DNA from: Octopus sinensis
Lineage: Eukaryota
Direction of reading: 5' to 3'
DNA length: 64,000 nucleotides
Assembly: GCF_006345805.1 (NCBI RefSeq)
Contig: NC_043001.1
Span: 96,224,001-96,288,000, forward strand
Part shown: one piece after another, positions 1-11,966 of the stretch
Layout of the letters: each line of letters opens with the position of its first letter
Position numbering within the stretch: the first letter of the stretch is position 1
The notes under the pieces: model-generated
Told to the model about the DNA's origin: nothing
What the model saw: only the letters and a program-made list of their open reading frames with translations
Databases searched by the model: none
Made by a program: the position numbers and the translations under genes

Positions 1-212
1 TGATGATGATGATGATGATATTGATGGTGGTGATGATGATGAGGAAGGAAAAGCAAAAACACGAAATATACTCATAATAGGTTATTTCCGAACACACAAA
101 AACACACTCATATGTATGTATATATATTTGGATTACACACACACACACACACATTCGTGTACATACATGCATTTATATGTATGCATGTGTGTGTTTGTGT
201 AACTAAAAGTAT

Positions 213-843
213 AGCAGCAGCAGCTGTAGTAGTAGTAGTAGTGGTGGTGGTGGTGGTGGTAGTAGTAGTGGTGGCGGTGGGGGTAGTGGTGGTGGTAGTA
301 GTAGTAGTAGTGGTGGTGGTGGTAGTGGTGGTAGTAGTAGTTTTAGTAGTAGTAGTAGTAGTAGTAGAGGTGGTGGTGTTGGTGGTGGTGGTAGTAGTAG
401 TAGTAGTAGTGGTGGTGGTGTGGTGGTGGTGGTGGTGGTGGTGGTGGTGGTGGTGGTAATAGTAGTGGTAGTAGTAGTGGTGGTGGTAGTAGAAGTGGTG
501 TTGGTGTTGGTGGTGGTGGTGGTGGTTGGTGGTGGTGGTAGTAGTAGTGGTGTCGGTGGGGGTAGTGGTGGTGGTAGTAGTAGTAGTAGTGGTGGTGGTG
601 GTAGTGGTGGTAGTAGTAGTTTTAGTAGTAGTAGTAGTAGTAGTAGAGGTGGTGGTGTTGGTGGTGGTGGTAGTAGTAGTGGTGGTGGTGGTGGTGGTGG
701 TGGTGGTGGTGGTAGTAGTAGTGGTAGTAGTAGTGGTGGTGGTAGTAGAAGTGGTGTTGGTGGTGGTGGTGGTGGTGGTGGTGGTGGTAGTAGTAGTGGT
801 GGTAGTGGTGGTGGTAGTAGTAGTGGTGTTGGTGGTGGTAGTG

Positions 844-919
<76 letters not shown>

Positions 920-931
920 TGCAGCAGCAGC
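213..931. repeat. Compound (GTA)n/(GTG)n trinucleotide repeat with internal duplication
   Basis: Interleaved GTA/GTG triplets; landmarks gttttag (340, 619) and agaggtgg (366, 645) recur at a 279-bp offset. Confidence 0.95.
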
Positions 932-1093
932 TAAAGCAAGGAAAGTAGGTGGAACTGTAAAATAGTGAACAGATCGAGAAGAGAGAAAAATAAAGACAGA
1001 GAAAGAAAGAATGAAAGCCGAAAGAGAGCAAAAGAGAAAAACAAAAACAAAAACAAAAAAAAAACTGCGAGATATTTTTAGTCGAAGCGGGAA

Positions 1094-1096
<3 letters not shown>

Positions 1097-1137
<41 letters not shown>
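1097..1137. repeat. (GATT)n microsatellite
   Basis: About 10 tandem GATT units. Confidence 0.95.
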
Positions 1138-2482
1138 ATATTAGGATTTTGGAAAAGTTTGAAGAAACTTTAAATACGAAGATAAACGAAATCAGAACCA
1201 ATCAAAGAAGAACTCTGCGCAACCATTCTACGAAACTATCCACGGTAATAATAACAACAACAACAACTACTGTTATTGCTGCAACAACAACAACAGAAGC
1301 AGAAGAAATGGAAGCAAAAATAACGACTTCAATAATATACAATACTGGAAGTGCTCTAAAATTCAGGCTAACGGCCAAACCCGAAATTGGACAGACGTCT
1401 GAAGGTGTGCGGGTTTGTGACTCTGTGTCTCTCTAAGTGTTTTCATGTGTTTGTCTAAGCGTTTATCTGTATATGTGTCCGAGTAGATGTAAGTGCCCTA
1501 GTGTGTGGATTTGTGTAAATGTATGTGTGTGTGTGTGTGGCAATGTGTGTGTGTGTGTGTGTATGTGTGTGTGAAAAAATAAACGTGTCACTATGTTTGA
1601 GTATGTGCCTAGTATCAGCGTGTGTACTTATATATCAGTGTGTCTGGCAATGCGTGTAGGTATGCGGTTTTTGTTGCTTTTTTTTTTTCTGTGAATAGGA
1701 GAAAGAAGGATGCTTTCATTGCAGACAGAGAGAACAATAACAACAAAATCACCAAACTCAGCAACAACAACAACAAAAGCAACTAAAATACCAATAACTA
1801 AAACTAACATCAACAACAACAAAAAAATGAATCAAATATACAGCAAAAAAAAATTTCATTATTACTAAACATTAATGTTAAGAACGGTTTTGACTTGCTA
1901 ATAAGCTAACCGACAAATAAAAATCTATTTTTGAGAAGTCCCACAACAAGAATAGATGAATAGAAAGAAAATTTAAAAAGTAAGTTTGAAAAAATTAAAT
2001 TAAAAGACCGAAATAACATGTCGGCCTTCTAAAAGAAGGACATTACAGATGTGTTAAACGAAATTCCAAATAGATGCCCGAGTAATTTATTTTATATTAT
2101 GTATGTATATATTATGTATGTATTTGTGTGTGTGCATATGTATATATACTATACGTGTCTATATAGGAATACACGCACACACACACGTTTATATATATAT
2201 ATGTGTGTATATATGTATGTATGTATGTGTGTATAGGTATGTATGTATGTATATATGTATGTATGTGTGTATGCATATATATTATACATATCTATATAGG
2301 AATACATACACACGCATACGTTTATATATATGTGTGTGTGTATGTGTGTGTGTGTTCATTTATTTATAGAGAGATATATAGACTTAGGCAAAGATATTTC
2401 TATGCAACCACTCAGATAAAAATGTACATATATATACTGAGAGAGAGTGTGTGAAAGAAAGGGAAAGAGGAATGTATGTGTG

Positions 2483-2517
<35 letters not shown>

Positions 2518-2523
2518 ATGTAT

Positions 2524-2906
2524 GGGATGGAAGCAATCCGTCGGTTACGACGATGAGGGTTCCGGTTGATCCGATCAACGGAACAGCCTGCTCGTGAATT
2601 TAACGTGTAAGTGGCTGAGCACTCCACAGACACGTGCACCCTTAACGTAGTTCTCGGGGATATTCAGCGTGACACAGAGAGTGACAAGGCCGGCCCCTTG
2701 AAATACAGGTACAACAGAAACAGGAAGTGAGAGAAAGTTGTGGTGAAAGAGTACAGCAGGGATCACCACCATCCCCTGCCGGAGCCTCGTGAAGCTTTTA
2801 GGTGTTTTCGCTCAATAAACACTCACAACGCCCGGTGTGGGAATCGAAACCGCGATCCTATGACCGCGAGTTCGCTGCCCTAACCACTGGGCCATTGCGC
2901 TTCCAC
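2524..2906 (-). mobile_element. tRNA-derived SINE, family A, tail type 1
   Basis: Minus strand begins gtggaagcgcaaTGGCCCAGTGGttagg (A box) and GGTTTCGATTCCC (B box); core ttgagcgaaaacacct shared with copies at 33689, 37946 and 59513. Confidence 0.85.
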
Positions 2907-2908
2907 CG

Positions 2909-3335
<427 letters not shown>

Positions 3336-3399
3336 ACATGGTTATTTATATGCCTATATGTATAAATGTCTGTATATCTCAGGTCGCTCTTGAATGTAA

Positions 3400-3890
3400 A
3401 GGATGTTACAAACTGTCTCTACACAGTGACCGCTATTAGGTGATGGCCATTTATGCTCAGAATCTCAGGCAAGTTTCTCTCTGAGCCAAAGCAGATCTAT
3501 TCAGGTACATCACCGCTTTCCCTATGCAAAAGAAGATGAGTTTAAAGTTGTTTGCTCATATCTGTGGCTTTGCGGTACACCGGAGCTGTCTGGTCATTCA
3601 CAACAAGAAATTAATCTTTGGTTCAGGGAAAGACAATACTTTCCACGATGACGATTCCTACCTGTAACAGAATGCAACAATAATATCGGATGGTCTGCAT
3701 TAATTTAGCATTGATATTTCTGCATTAAAAGGTATTTCTGAACTGGAGGATTTTGGTAAGAATAAACTTCCTTCTGGAACGAAACAGCACCACAAATGTG
3801 GAGCTTTGGTTTGCATTGGCTTCGCTGTCAAATCTCAACTTATGACGCCTTGGTCTTCTCTTCCTTCTGGAGTCACAAATGATGCTTTCT
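3400..3890 (-). mobile_element. Possible highly decayed Penelope-like RT relic
   Basis: Scattered minus-strand peptides (NADHP, LSFPE, VYRKATD, LSINGHH) loosely follow the PLE thumb motif order HP.I.FT / L.FLD / VYRKPT / L..NGYP; many frameshifts. Confidence 0.3.
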
Positions 3891-3910
3891 CTTGAATGGG
3901 AAAGCAATAC

Positions 3911-4333
3911 CTATTTCTTTACTACCCACAAGGGGCTAAACACAGAGAGGACAAACAAGGACAGACAAACGGATTAAGTCGATTATATCAGCCCCAGTGC
4001 GTAACTGGTACTTATTTAATCGACCCCGAAAGGGTGAAAGGCAAAGTCGACTTCGGTGGAATTTGAACTCAGAACGTAGCGGCAGACGAAATACCTATTT
4101 CTTTACTACCCACAAGGGGCTAAACACAGAAAGAAGAAACAAGGACAGACAAACAGATTAAGTCGATTATATCGCCCCCAGTGCGTAACTGGTACTTAAT
4201 TTATTTATCGCCCTCGAAAGGATGAAAGGCAAAGTCGACCTCGGCGGAATTTGAATTCAGAACATAGCAGCAGGCGAAATACGGCTACGCATTCTGCCCG
4301 GCGTGCTAACGTTTCTGCCAGCTCGCCGCCTTT
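3911..4333 (-). mobile_element. SINE-D dimer with 19-bp TSD
   Basis: One full tRNA-like head (ggcggcgagctggcagaaacgttagc, B box gaattcaaattcc) plus a second, headless 184-bp unit; flanked by perfect ttgaatgggaaagcaatac at 3892-3910 and 4334-4352. Confidence 0.9.
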
Positions 4334-4379
4334 TTGAATGGGAAAGCAATACTGTTGCCGAATTATTTAGATGTTACAT

Positions 4380-5470
4380 TCCTATCATGTCTGCCTCAGA
4401 TCAGGAGAAATACAAACTTCATGAGCAAATTAGAATACACAACGCGAGGATTTAATATGACAAAGTTGTTTTGTTAGAAGGCTTCAATACTCGAGTGGGT
4501 GCTAACCATCATGCATAACTTAATATTCACGGTTCGCATAGAATGGAGTAAATGAACGTGTACATTTTCTTTAAATTTGCAAAGTACTGACTTTCCGATC
4601 CTCATCACTTTCTACCTATAGATAATGAACAGTAAAATTCTTTGGATGTTTGAATACATTATCATACCACAGCGTGCTGAAAAGGATTTTTACATCAATT
4701 CGTACCTCAGCACTTTGTTGTCTTTAAGAGCGCCATCTTTTGTGTAGAAAAACTTCTTTCAGCATTACTCGATAGATGCATATAACCAACTCTTCAATTC
4801 CAAAATACATCAAAGTTTTGCCAATAAAATCCAACCATATTAAGAAAGACTTATCTGATTGACTTGAAACATCTCTTGATTCGGTGTAGACAATCCAATA
4901 TTTTGAGTCATCTTGGAAATTCCACAGAAAGATCATCTGCATTTTGTTACTGGTATTTGTTCTTGTCAGGATTGGTTTAATGGTGGCAACGAAAATGTTC
5001 AGAAGCTAATAAAAAATTGCATGGTTTACTTGAAGACTAGATCAACTATAAACACCCTAATATCAAAAAAGCATGCTTACAAAGATTGCAAGAAACAGAT
5101 ACTAACTGTACTCAAGAGGTTGAAGGAGTGTCGGAGGTCATTAGAAAGAACGAACAAGAAGTACTGAAAGGCTTTCCATGAGGGTTTCAAGAAGGTTTCC
5201 GCTCTCTTAGAAGATGGTTCATCTCCTCTTTTTTGTTGGGCGGGATGAGGCTGTCATTCTATTAGTCGCAATTCTTTGATGGCCACAACATCATAGATGA
5301 CAAAATTACTTCTCTTGATGAGAAAATATCCAAACGTATAGCCAAAACTGCGAATGCTTTCAGCAGTCTCTGTTCTCATCTATGGGCTGCACAGGGATTC
5401 TCATGGGAAGTAAAAAATTAATATCTTCTAAGTTATAGTCTTTTCTTCTGTTCTGTGCCGTACGGGATCT
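4380..5470 (+). mobile_element. Decayed RTE-clade LINE relic (APE endonuclease, linker and post-RT pieces; RT core missing)
   Basis: Translates to DKVVLLEGFNTRVG (cf. DKLILLGDFNARVG), QDWFNGGNENVQKLI, GSSPL and SLDEKISKRIAKTANAFSSL; multiple stops and frameshifts. Confidence 0.7.
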
Positions 5471-6107
5471 TAAATGCCCTATCGATCACACATCCATTGG
5501 TTTCATCTTTTTTACCATTTATGGGCGCAACCTGAATGCTAAAAGTTTCAATATTAACTTATTTTCTAATTGTAATATTAGTGGTTTTGAATCCTTTCTT
5601 TTGCACTCCAAATTAAAGATACATAGATTAGTCGTATCTATAGAATTCCAAAAGTACTAATGTATTGTCAACTCTGTAGAAAAACTATGGCTGAGAAATG
5701 AGGCCAAGTTCAAATCTAATCTGAAAGTGACAGAGATTCCCATAGAAACATTTGAAAAACGTGTACTGAATCGCAATTAATGTAAGCTAACTTGCTATAA
5801 AGCCATACAAAAGCTATGAATTAAACCATCTAGCTCATCTTAGAGAATTGAGAGCAAAGATAAAGTCTCTATGTAACACAATAACTACGTTGCCTAACAA
5901 TCTTCTCCTGTCTTGTGTTGAATCTGTCGACATATCTGTAAATTATTTTCTAGATTAATGTCTAATAAGAGACATAGATATCAAAAAATAAAATGGCTGT
6001 TGGTCACTCATACATCAAATTCGACAGGTTATCATTAACACACACACACACATATGTATGTGTGTGTACTCATATTCGTGAGGGTGTTGCTGTATATGTG
6101 TATATAT

Positions 6108-6158
<51 letters not shown>

Positions 6159-7101
6159 TATATATACAATATATACATATATACATATAGATATATACAC
6201 ACATACACACACACACACATATATACATATATGCATCGCAATGTATTAATGCTTGTGTACCTATACGTGCATATGTACATGGATTGATATATGTACATAT
6301 ACATGTGTACACACACACACACGTAAGATACACACAGACATAATCACACATACACACACACAAGCAACACGCGCTCACACACACATACATATATACGTTG
6401 TCTAGTATTTACATATGTCTATAAATGTACTTTGCATACATCAACGCGCATATACATCCATTTCCATACAAACACAACATACAATTATATTTCTGTGTAT
6501 GTGTGTGCATGTACAAGGTAATTTATGAGGATAACTATATCAGCAAAATCACATACAATTTAAATATAATTAACAGAAATATCAATTGATTATTTTGTTT
6601 TTCAAAGTCATTCACTACATACCTGTAGCCTTTACAATAATCTCATGAGATGGATTTTTCTTTTTTTTCCTCTCTGTTATTTCAATATATTCACGTATGT
6701 GTAAATTTTGTGCTGTCGCAATTGTGTATGTATGTATATATATATTTATATATATATATACGTTTGTGTGTGTGTACGTGTACGTGTGAGTGTGCGTGTG
6801 TGTACGTGTTGTATCCAAGCAACTGTGTGTGGTATTTTGTTGTTTTTGCTCTTGTTTTCAATGTATATCGACATAGTTGTCTATGTATACACAGCTGAGT
6901 AGATATATACATTTATATCCAGATATGTGTATATATATGTGTATGTGTGCGTGTGTGAGTGTGTGTTGTGTGTGTATGTGATGTGTCTTTATGTGTGTGT
7001 GTGTGTATGTGTGTATACATATATATGTGTATGTAAATATTTTTGTTTTCGTTTCTCATTGTGTTCAACGTTTTTTTTATGTCCTACACCCCCATATATG
7101 C

Positions 7102-7146
<45 letters not shown>

Positions 7147-7184
7147 GATATGTACATATATGTATGTATATATGCATATAAAGT

Positions 7185-7330
7185 TAATCCAAACATGAAA
7201 ACACAAAGAGAAAACACAACAACGCGAGGACGTGGAACAAGTATAATGTTATTGGACGCTCAGGAAAGGAAAGAAAGAAGGAGGATTTAACGTTTCGAGC
7301 GGAGCGCTTCGTCAGTAACATAGAAGAAAG
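7185..7330 (-). mobile_element. PLE-type terminal repeat fragment
   Basis: Hammerhead-like motif, then a pyrimidine tract, ttcctgagcgt..taac, and a T-rich end running into TA-rich repeat; same layout as 51000-51161 and 57400-57700. Confidence 0.55.
7284..7320 (-). ncRNA. Minimal hammerhead-ribozyme-like motif, intact CUGACGA/GAAA core
   Basis: Minus strand reads gtta-CTGACGA-agcgctccgctc-GAAA-CGTT-aaatcc; stem II can form 3-4 bp; stem I pairs poorly. Confidence 0.5.
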
Positions 7331-7541
7331 AGAGATCCAAGGAAGAGAAGGCGTAGGAAAGAAAATCGCCAACGATACACACGCGGTCACATATTGAATG
7401 ATCTTTTGTATTTTAGGAAGAAAATAGATAGTGGAAGTCCTGGGTGTTCGGACGATGAGGTTGGTGGAAGTGGGGGGGAGCAGAAGAGGAGATGAGGTCA
7501 TGGTTGGTTGAGCACACTCGCTGTTGGTAGGAGGAGGTTAT

Positions 7542-7795
7542 TATTTATATTATCATATGATCGAACGCCACGCATCCTTTTCCAAGTAAGTTTTATCTAT
7601 ACATACACACATACATATACATATATATATATATATATATATCTATATATATATATATATATATATATATCTATATATATATATATGTATGTATGTATGT
7701 ATGTATAGATATATATATATATATATGCATGTATGTATAGATAAAACATACTTGGAAAAGGATGCGTGACGTTCGATCATATAATAATATAAATA
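7542..7795. repeat. Fold-back element: 65-bp inverted arms around a microsatellite
   Basis: 7542-7606 versus the reverse complement of 7731-7795 match 62/65. Confidence 0.9.
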
Positions 7796-8438
7796 CTATA
7801 TGTATGTATGTATGTATGTATTATGTATATGTATATAACTTTGATAGGTTTCGGCCAGTATAGGTCCAGGCCATGTCTGGTTTTCCTGTTGCTTTTTAAA
7901 TTTTTATTCTCCCAACTGAATAGATATCAAAACTTACAGTCTTTTCGCTTCCATAACCATATATTTTTATGATCAATCTTTGCTATCTATACAGGTACCA
8001 TGCGCTCGCGCAAACATCTGCTCTTCTACAGATATACCTATTCATACACTGATTTTACTGTCGTAACCACATCTGTACATATGCCCTCTCCTCCGCGCAT
8101 GTATAAAGGTACCGACGTTATATAACACGTTCAAACTGTATGTGTATTTGTGTGTGTGTGCGTGTACTCATGTATTTATATATGTGCGAGTGTGTTACTA
8201 GCTCGTAGTTAAATTGTTTATCGTACTAGATTATTTCACAATGCCTTAATTACGAACTGAAGTCAATATTTTTTGCTGAAACACGGCGACTAGACGCTTA
8301 GCGGCATTTCGTCCGTCTTCATGTTCTGAGTTCTAATTTCGTCCTGCTTGACTTTGACTTTCATCCTTCTTGTGTTAGTGAAATAAGTAGCCGTTGGACA
8401 TTTGTATCCGTGTAATCGACTTGCCCAATATTTGAAAC

Positions 8439-8601
8439 CTGTGTGGTAAGTAGCTTGCTTACGAACCACATGGTTCCGGGTTCAATCCCACTGCGTGGCA
8501 CCTTGGGCAAGTGTCTTCAACTGTAGCCTCGGGCCGAGCAAAGCCTTGCGAGTGGATTTGGCAGACGGAAACAGAAAGAAGCCCGTTACATATATGTATG
8601 C

Positions 8602-8647
<46 letters not shown>

Positions 8648-8795
8648 TATACATACATACACATATATATATATATGCATGTAAGTATGTATGTATGTAT
8701 GTATGTATGTATGTATGTATGTATGTATGTATGTATGTATGTATGTGTGTATGTATATGCATGTGTGTCCCAACATCGCTTGACAACCGATGATG
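8439..8795 (+). mobile_element. SINE family B, 3'-truncated
   Basis: ctgtgtggtaagtagcttgc...GGGTTCAATCCC head; CORE-like ccttgggcaagtgtc; internal (TA)/(TATG) tract. Confidence 0.85.
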
Positions 8796-8871
8796 CCGAG
8801 GTGAAAATCCAAACCGAAGAGATGGTGGTGTGGATTTCCACTGCTACCGAATAATTGTCACATATTATTTT

Positions 8872-8915
<44 letters not shown>

Positions 8916-8917
<2 letters not shown>

Positions 8918-9064
8918 GACAGGCTTCTTTCAGTCTCCGTCTACCAAATCCAAACACAAGTCTTTGGTTGGCCCGAGGCTATAGTAGAAGACACTTGCCT
9001 AAGGTGCCGCGCAATGGAACTGAACCCGGAATGTGGTTCGTAAGGAATCTACTTACTACACAGT
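8916..9064 (-). mobile_element. SINE family B, 5' half
   Basis: Reverse complement of the family B head and core. Confidence 0.85.
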
Positions 9065-10221
9065 CAATCCAACGCCTATTTTTGTTCCCATATATGAAAC
9101 CTACTCCATTTACACATTTTCTGACAATAGACACCAGTCTTTTTTTTTCTTTTGCATTCCCTATACACTCTAATTCATTCTATTGGATAAATCCAGAGTA
9201 ACGAATGCAGTTGTTGAAATCTTGTGCAGGCTTTTTGGGTTCGTAGAACTGACAGATTTGATAAATATTTCTCATCAATCTTACAACGTAATATCAGGAT
9301 GCTTATTTTCATGTTCTCTGAATCCAAAGCTCCAGTATATCATATATTATAATGGCCATAAGTTTTGCGTAATGTGAATGCATATTTAGTTTCCCGATAA
9401 TTTCTTGCCAGGCTGCAACAATGGGTTTCAAATGTACGATCTCAGAGCTACTATCTTGCAAAACAAATTCAAAATGAAATATCGTTGGCTTTAACCAGGC
9501 TAGAAAAACGATAAAAAGGGATACTTTCTGATAGTTCAAGAAAATAGTAATATCTCGATAACTTCATTTCATAGAGATGTAGGCTTTTCGTTGTTGTTGA
9601 TTTTGCTTTCTTTCGTTCTGTTTTCTCCGCAAACTATAACAAATTCCGTCAACACAGAAAATCATGTAGAAATTTGCACAGATAGTAGCCAATCCGAGAA
9701 TGGGAAAAGATACTACTTCATGAAATAGAAATTACCCAAGCACCCTTAATACACCCGGTAAGAAAATACTCCTAGATATAATCCTACAAGTGTACCGTTA
9801 TATAAACGACACAAGTTAAGAATATTATAGAAAAAAACGTAAATATATGAAGCAACGACAAAAATAACAATAAGCGGATGGAAAAAAGGATATCATCACA
9901 GAATTGAGGATATTTTTATGATCAAGAGCGCACTAACTTCTCGTTTCAATGGAAATACGGAATCAACAGCACCGGGCCATACGTTAAACTAAAAATCAAA
10001 CGCGGTAGAAACATCCGTTCTTAAATAACCATCTAGGTACACTTCTTTTCGGAAAATCGGGAATTAAAAACATTTTTTTTTAATTTAAAAATTCGGAAAC
10101 CTGAGAATAGCAGTAACAGCAATTTTAGTTGTCATTTCCTTTCTCTTGCTAATCGCAGTAACAGTAGCTTAACTTTTTTCCTACATCATAGTGATAGAAA
10201 TTATAATAATCATTTCTGTTG

Positions 10222-10422
10222 CAGGTACAAGGCCTGAAATTTGGGGGTGGAGCATACTCAATCACGTTCAGATAACTACTAAACTGGTATTTATTTTATC
10301 AACACCGCGATGATGAACAGCAAACTCAACCGCAGCGGAATTTGAACTCAGAACATAAGGACAGACGAAATGCCGCAAAGACATTTGTCTCGAGTGCTCG
10401 CGATTCTGCCAGCACGCTGCCG
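10222..10422 (-). mobile_element. SINE family D, diverged monomer
   Basis: ggaatttgaactcagaac and gacagacgaaatgccgc match the family D consensus. Confidence 0.75.
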
Positions 10423-10574
10423 TTCACATCTTCGTTATACTAATTCAAGATGAATACAATATTGATCATACAGCGCAAAACGTGAAATCTAGTGTATTAT
10501 AATGCAGTGCAATATCTCTGACTAAACAACTAGCAAGGTGTGTGTGCGGGCGTGTCGAAGGGGGGGGGGTGAAG

Positions 10575-10775
10575 ATGGCAAGCTTACAGAATTGCTAGAA
10601 TGCCGGGGAAAATGTTTAGTGGCATGTGGCCTGTCTTTACGTTCTGAGTATCAAATACATCTAAAGTTCGACTTTACTTTCCATCCTTTCGGAGTCGATA
10701 AAATAAGTACCAGTTGAGCACTAGGGCCAATGTACGAGGCTCAACCAGGTTCATGAATTTCCTGGCCTTTTACCA
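10575..10775 (+). mobile_element. SINE family D, diverged monomer
   Basis: ttacgttctgagt...ccatcctttcggagtcgataaaataagtaccag. Confidence 0.75.
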
Positions 10776-10891
10776 AAATCTGAAATCGATAAATGTCTCT
10801 ACTTGTATGCGTGTGTGTGTCTACGCATATATATATATATATGTATGTATGTATTTATGTATGTATTTATGTATGTATGTATGTATGTATA

Positions 10892-11293
10892 TACTCTTTT
10901 ACTTGTTTCAGTCAATTGACACTGGCCACGCTAGAGCACAGCTTTTAGTCGAGCAAATCGACCCCAGGAATTATTCTTTGTAAGCCTAGTACTTCTTCTA
11001 TTGGTCTCTTTTGCCGAACCGCTAAGTTACGGGGACGTAAACACACCAGCATCGGTTGTCAAGCGATGTTGGGAAGACCAATACAGACACACAAAAAACA
11101 AATACACACACATCTATATATAAACATATATACGACGGGCTTCTTTTAGTTACCGTCTACCAAATTCACTTACAAGGCTTTGGTCGGCCCGTGGCTATAG
11201 GAGAAAACACTTGCCCAAGGTGACACGCAGTAGGACTGAACCCAGAACCATGTGGTTCGTAAGCAAGCTACTTACCACACAGCCGCTCCTACG
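10892..11293 (-). mobile_element. SINE family B, full length
   Basis: Head, core, microsatellite slot and tail (gactgaaacaagtaaaaagagta on the minus strand) are all present. Confidence 0.9.
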
Positions 11294-11629
11294 CATGCAT
11301 ATATATATATATATATATATGGGTACAGACCATCACAAACAGTACACAACGTGAAAAGAGAAAACAAATGAGTTGAATACGCAAACACCGAGATAAACAA
11401 ATGAAAAAGAGAACAAGTAACATAAAGAACGACCCTTTATCAGTTGTCGGCTGGCTATCTACTCCTCATTTCGTGCAACACATACACACACGCACGTATG
11501 CAAGATGTATGTATACTTGCATGTCATACGTGTATATAGAAGTGCATATATGCAAAAGTAGAAGTACATATTAGTAATGTGGATAGAATAAGCGCCGGGC
11601 AACCCCTTTATATCTAGAAATATCATAAT

Positions 11630-11966
11630 AACAATTGCAGCGTGGAAGGTATTTGTGAGCCATTTAAGAAACAGACAAAAGCCGTTCAATTCACTTCAAC
11701 GTTTAAGTTTAATTTGTCAAAATATTTTCGTCGCTTTAAGACCGCGACCTGTTCACTGACAAAAATCCATGCTGACAAAAATCCGTGCTGACAAAATCTG
11801 TGCTGACAAAAGTCCGAGATGCAGCACGGATTTTTGTCAGTGAACAGGTCGCGGTCTTAAAGCGACGAAAATATTTTGACAAATTAAACTTAAATGTTGA
11901 AGTGAATCGAACGGCTTTTGTGTGTTTCTTAAATGGCTTACAAACACCTTCCACGCTGCAATTGTT
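11630..11966. mobile_element. Palindromic MITE/fold-back element with 145-bp arms
   Basis: 11630-11774 versus the reverse complement of 11822-11966 match about 139/145; the centre holds 15-16-nt tandem repeats of tgacaaaaatccgtgc type. Confidence 0.85.

Noticed and set aside
108-1096. Long Thr/Pro/Gly/Ser/Val-rich ORFs (mucin-like)
   Set aside because: Open in several frames on both strands only because the triplet repeat lacks stops there; no non-repeat coding context or splice evidence
11420-11480. Hammerhead candidate (minus strand GAAA...CTGATAA)
   Set aside because: Core mismatch and no convincing stems I-III in any topology
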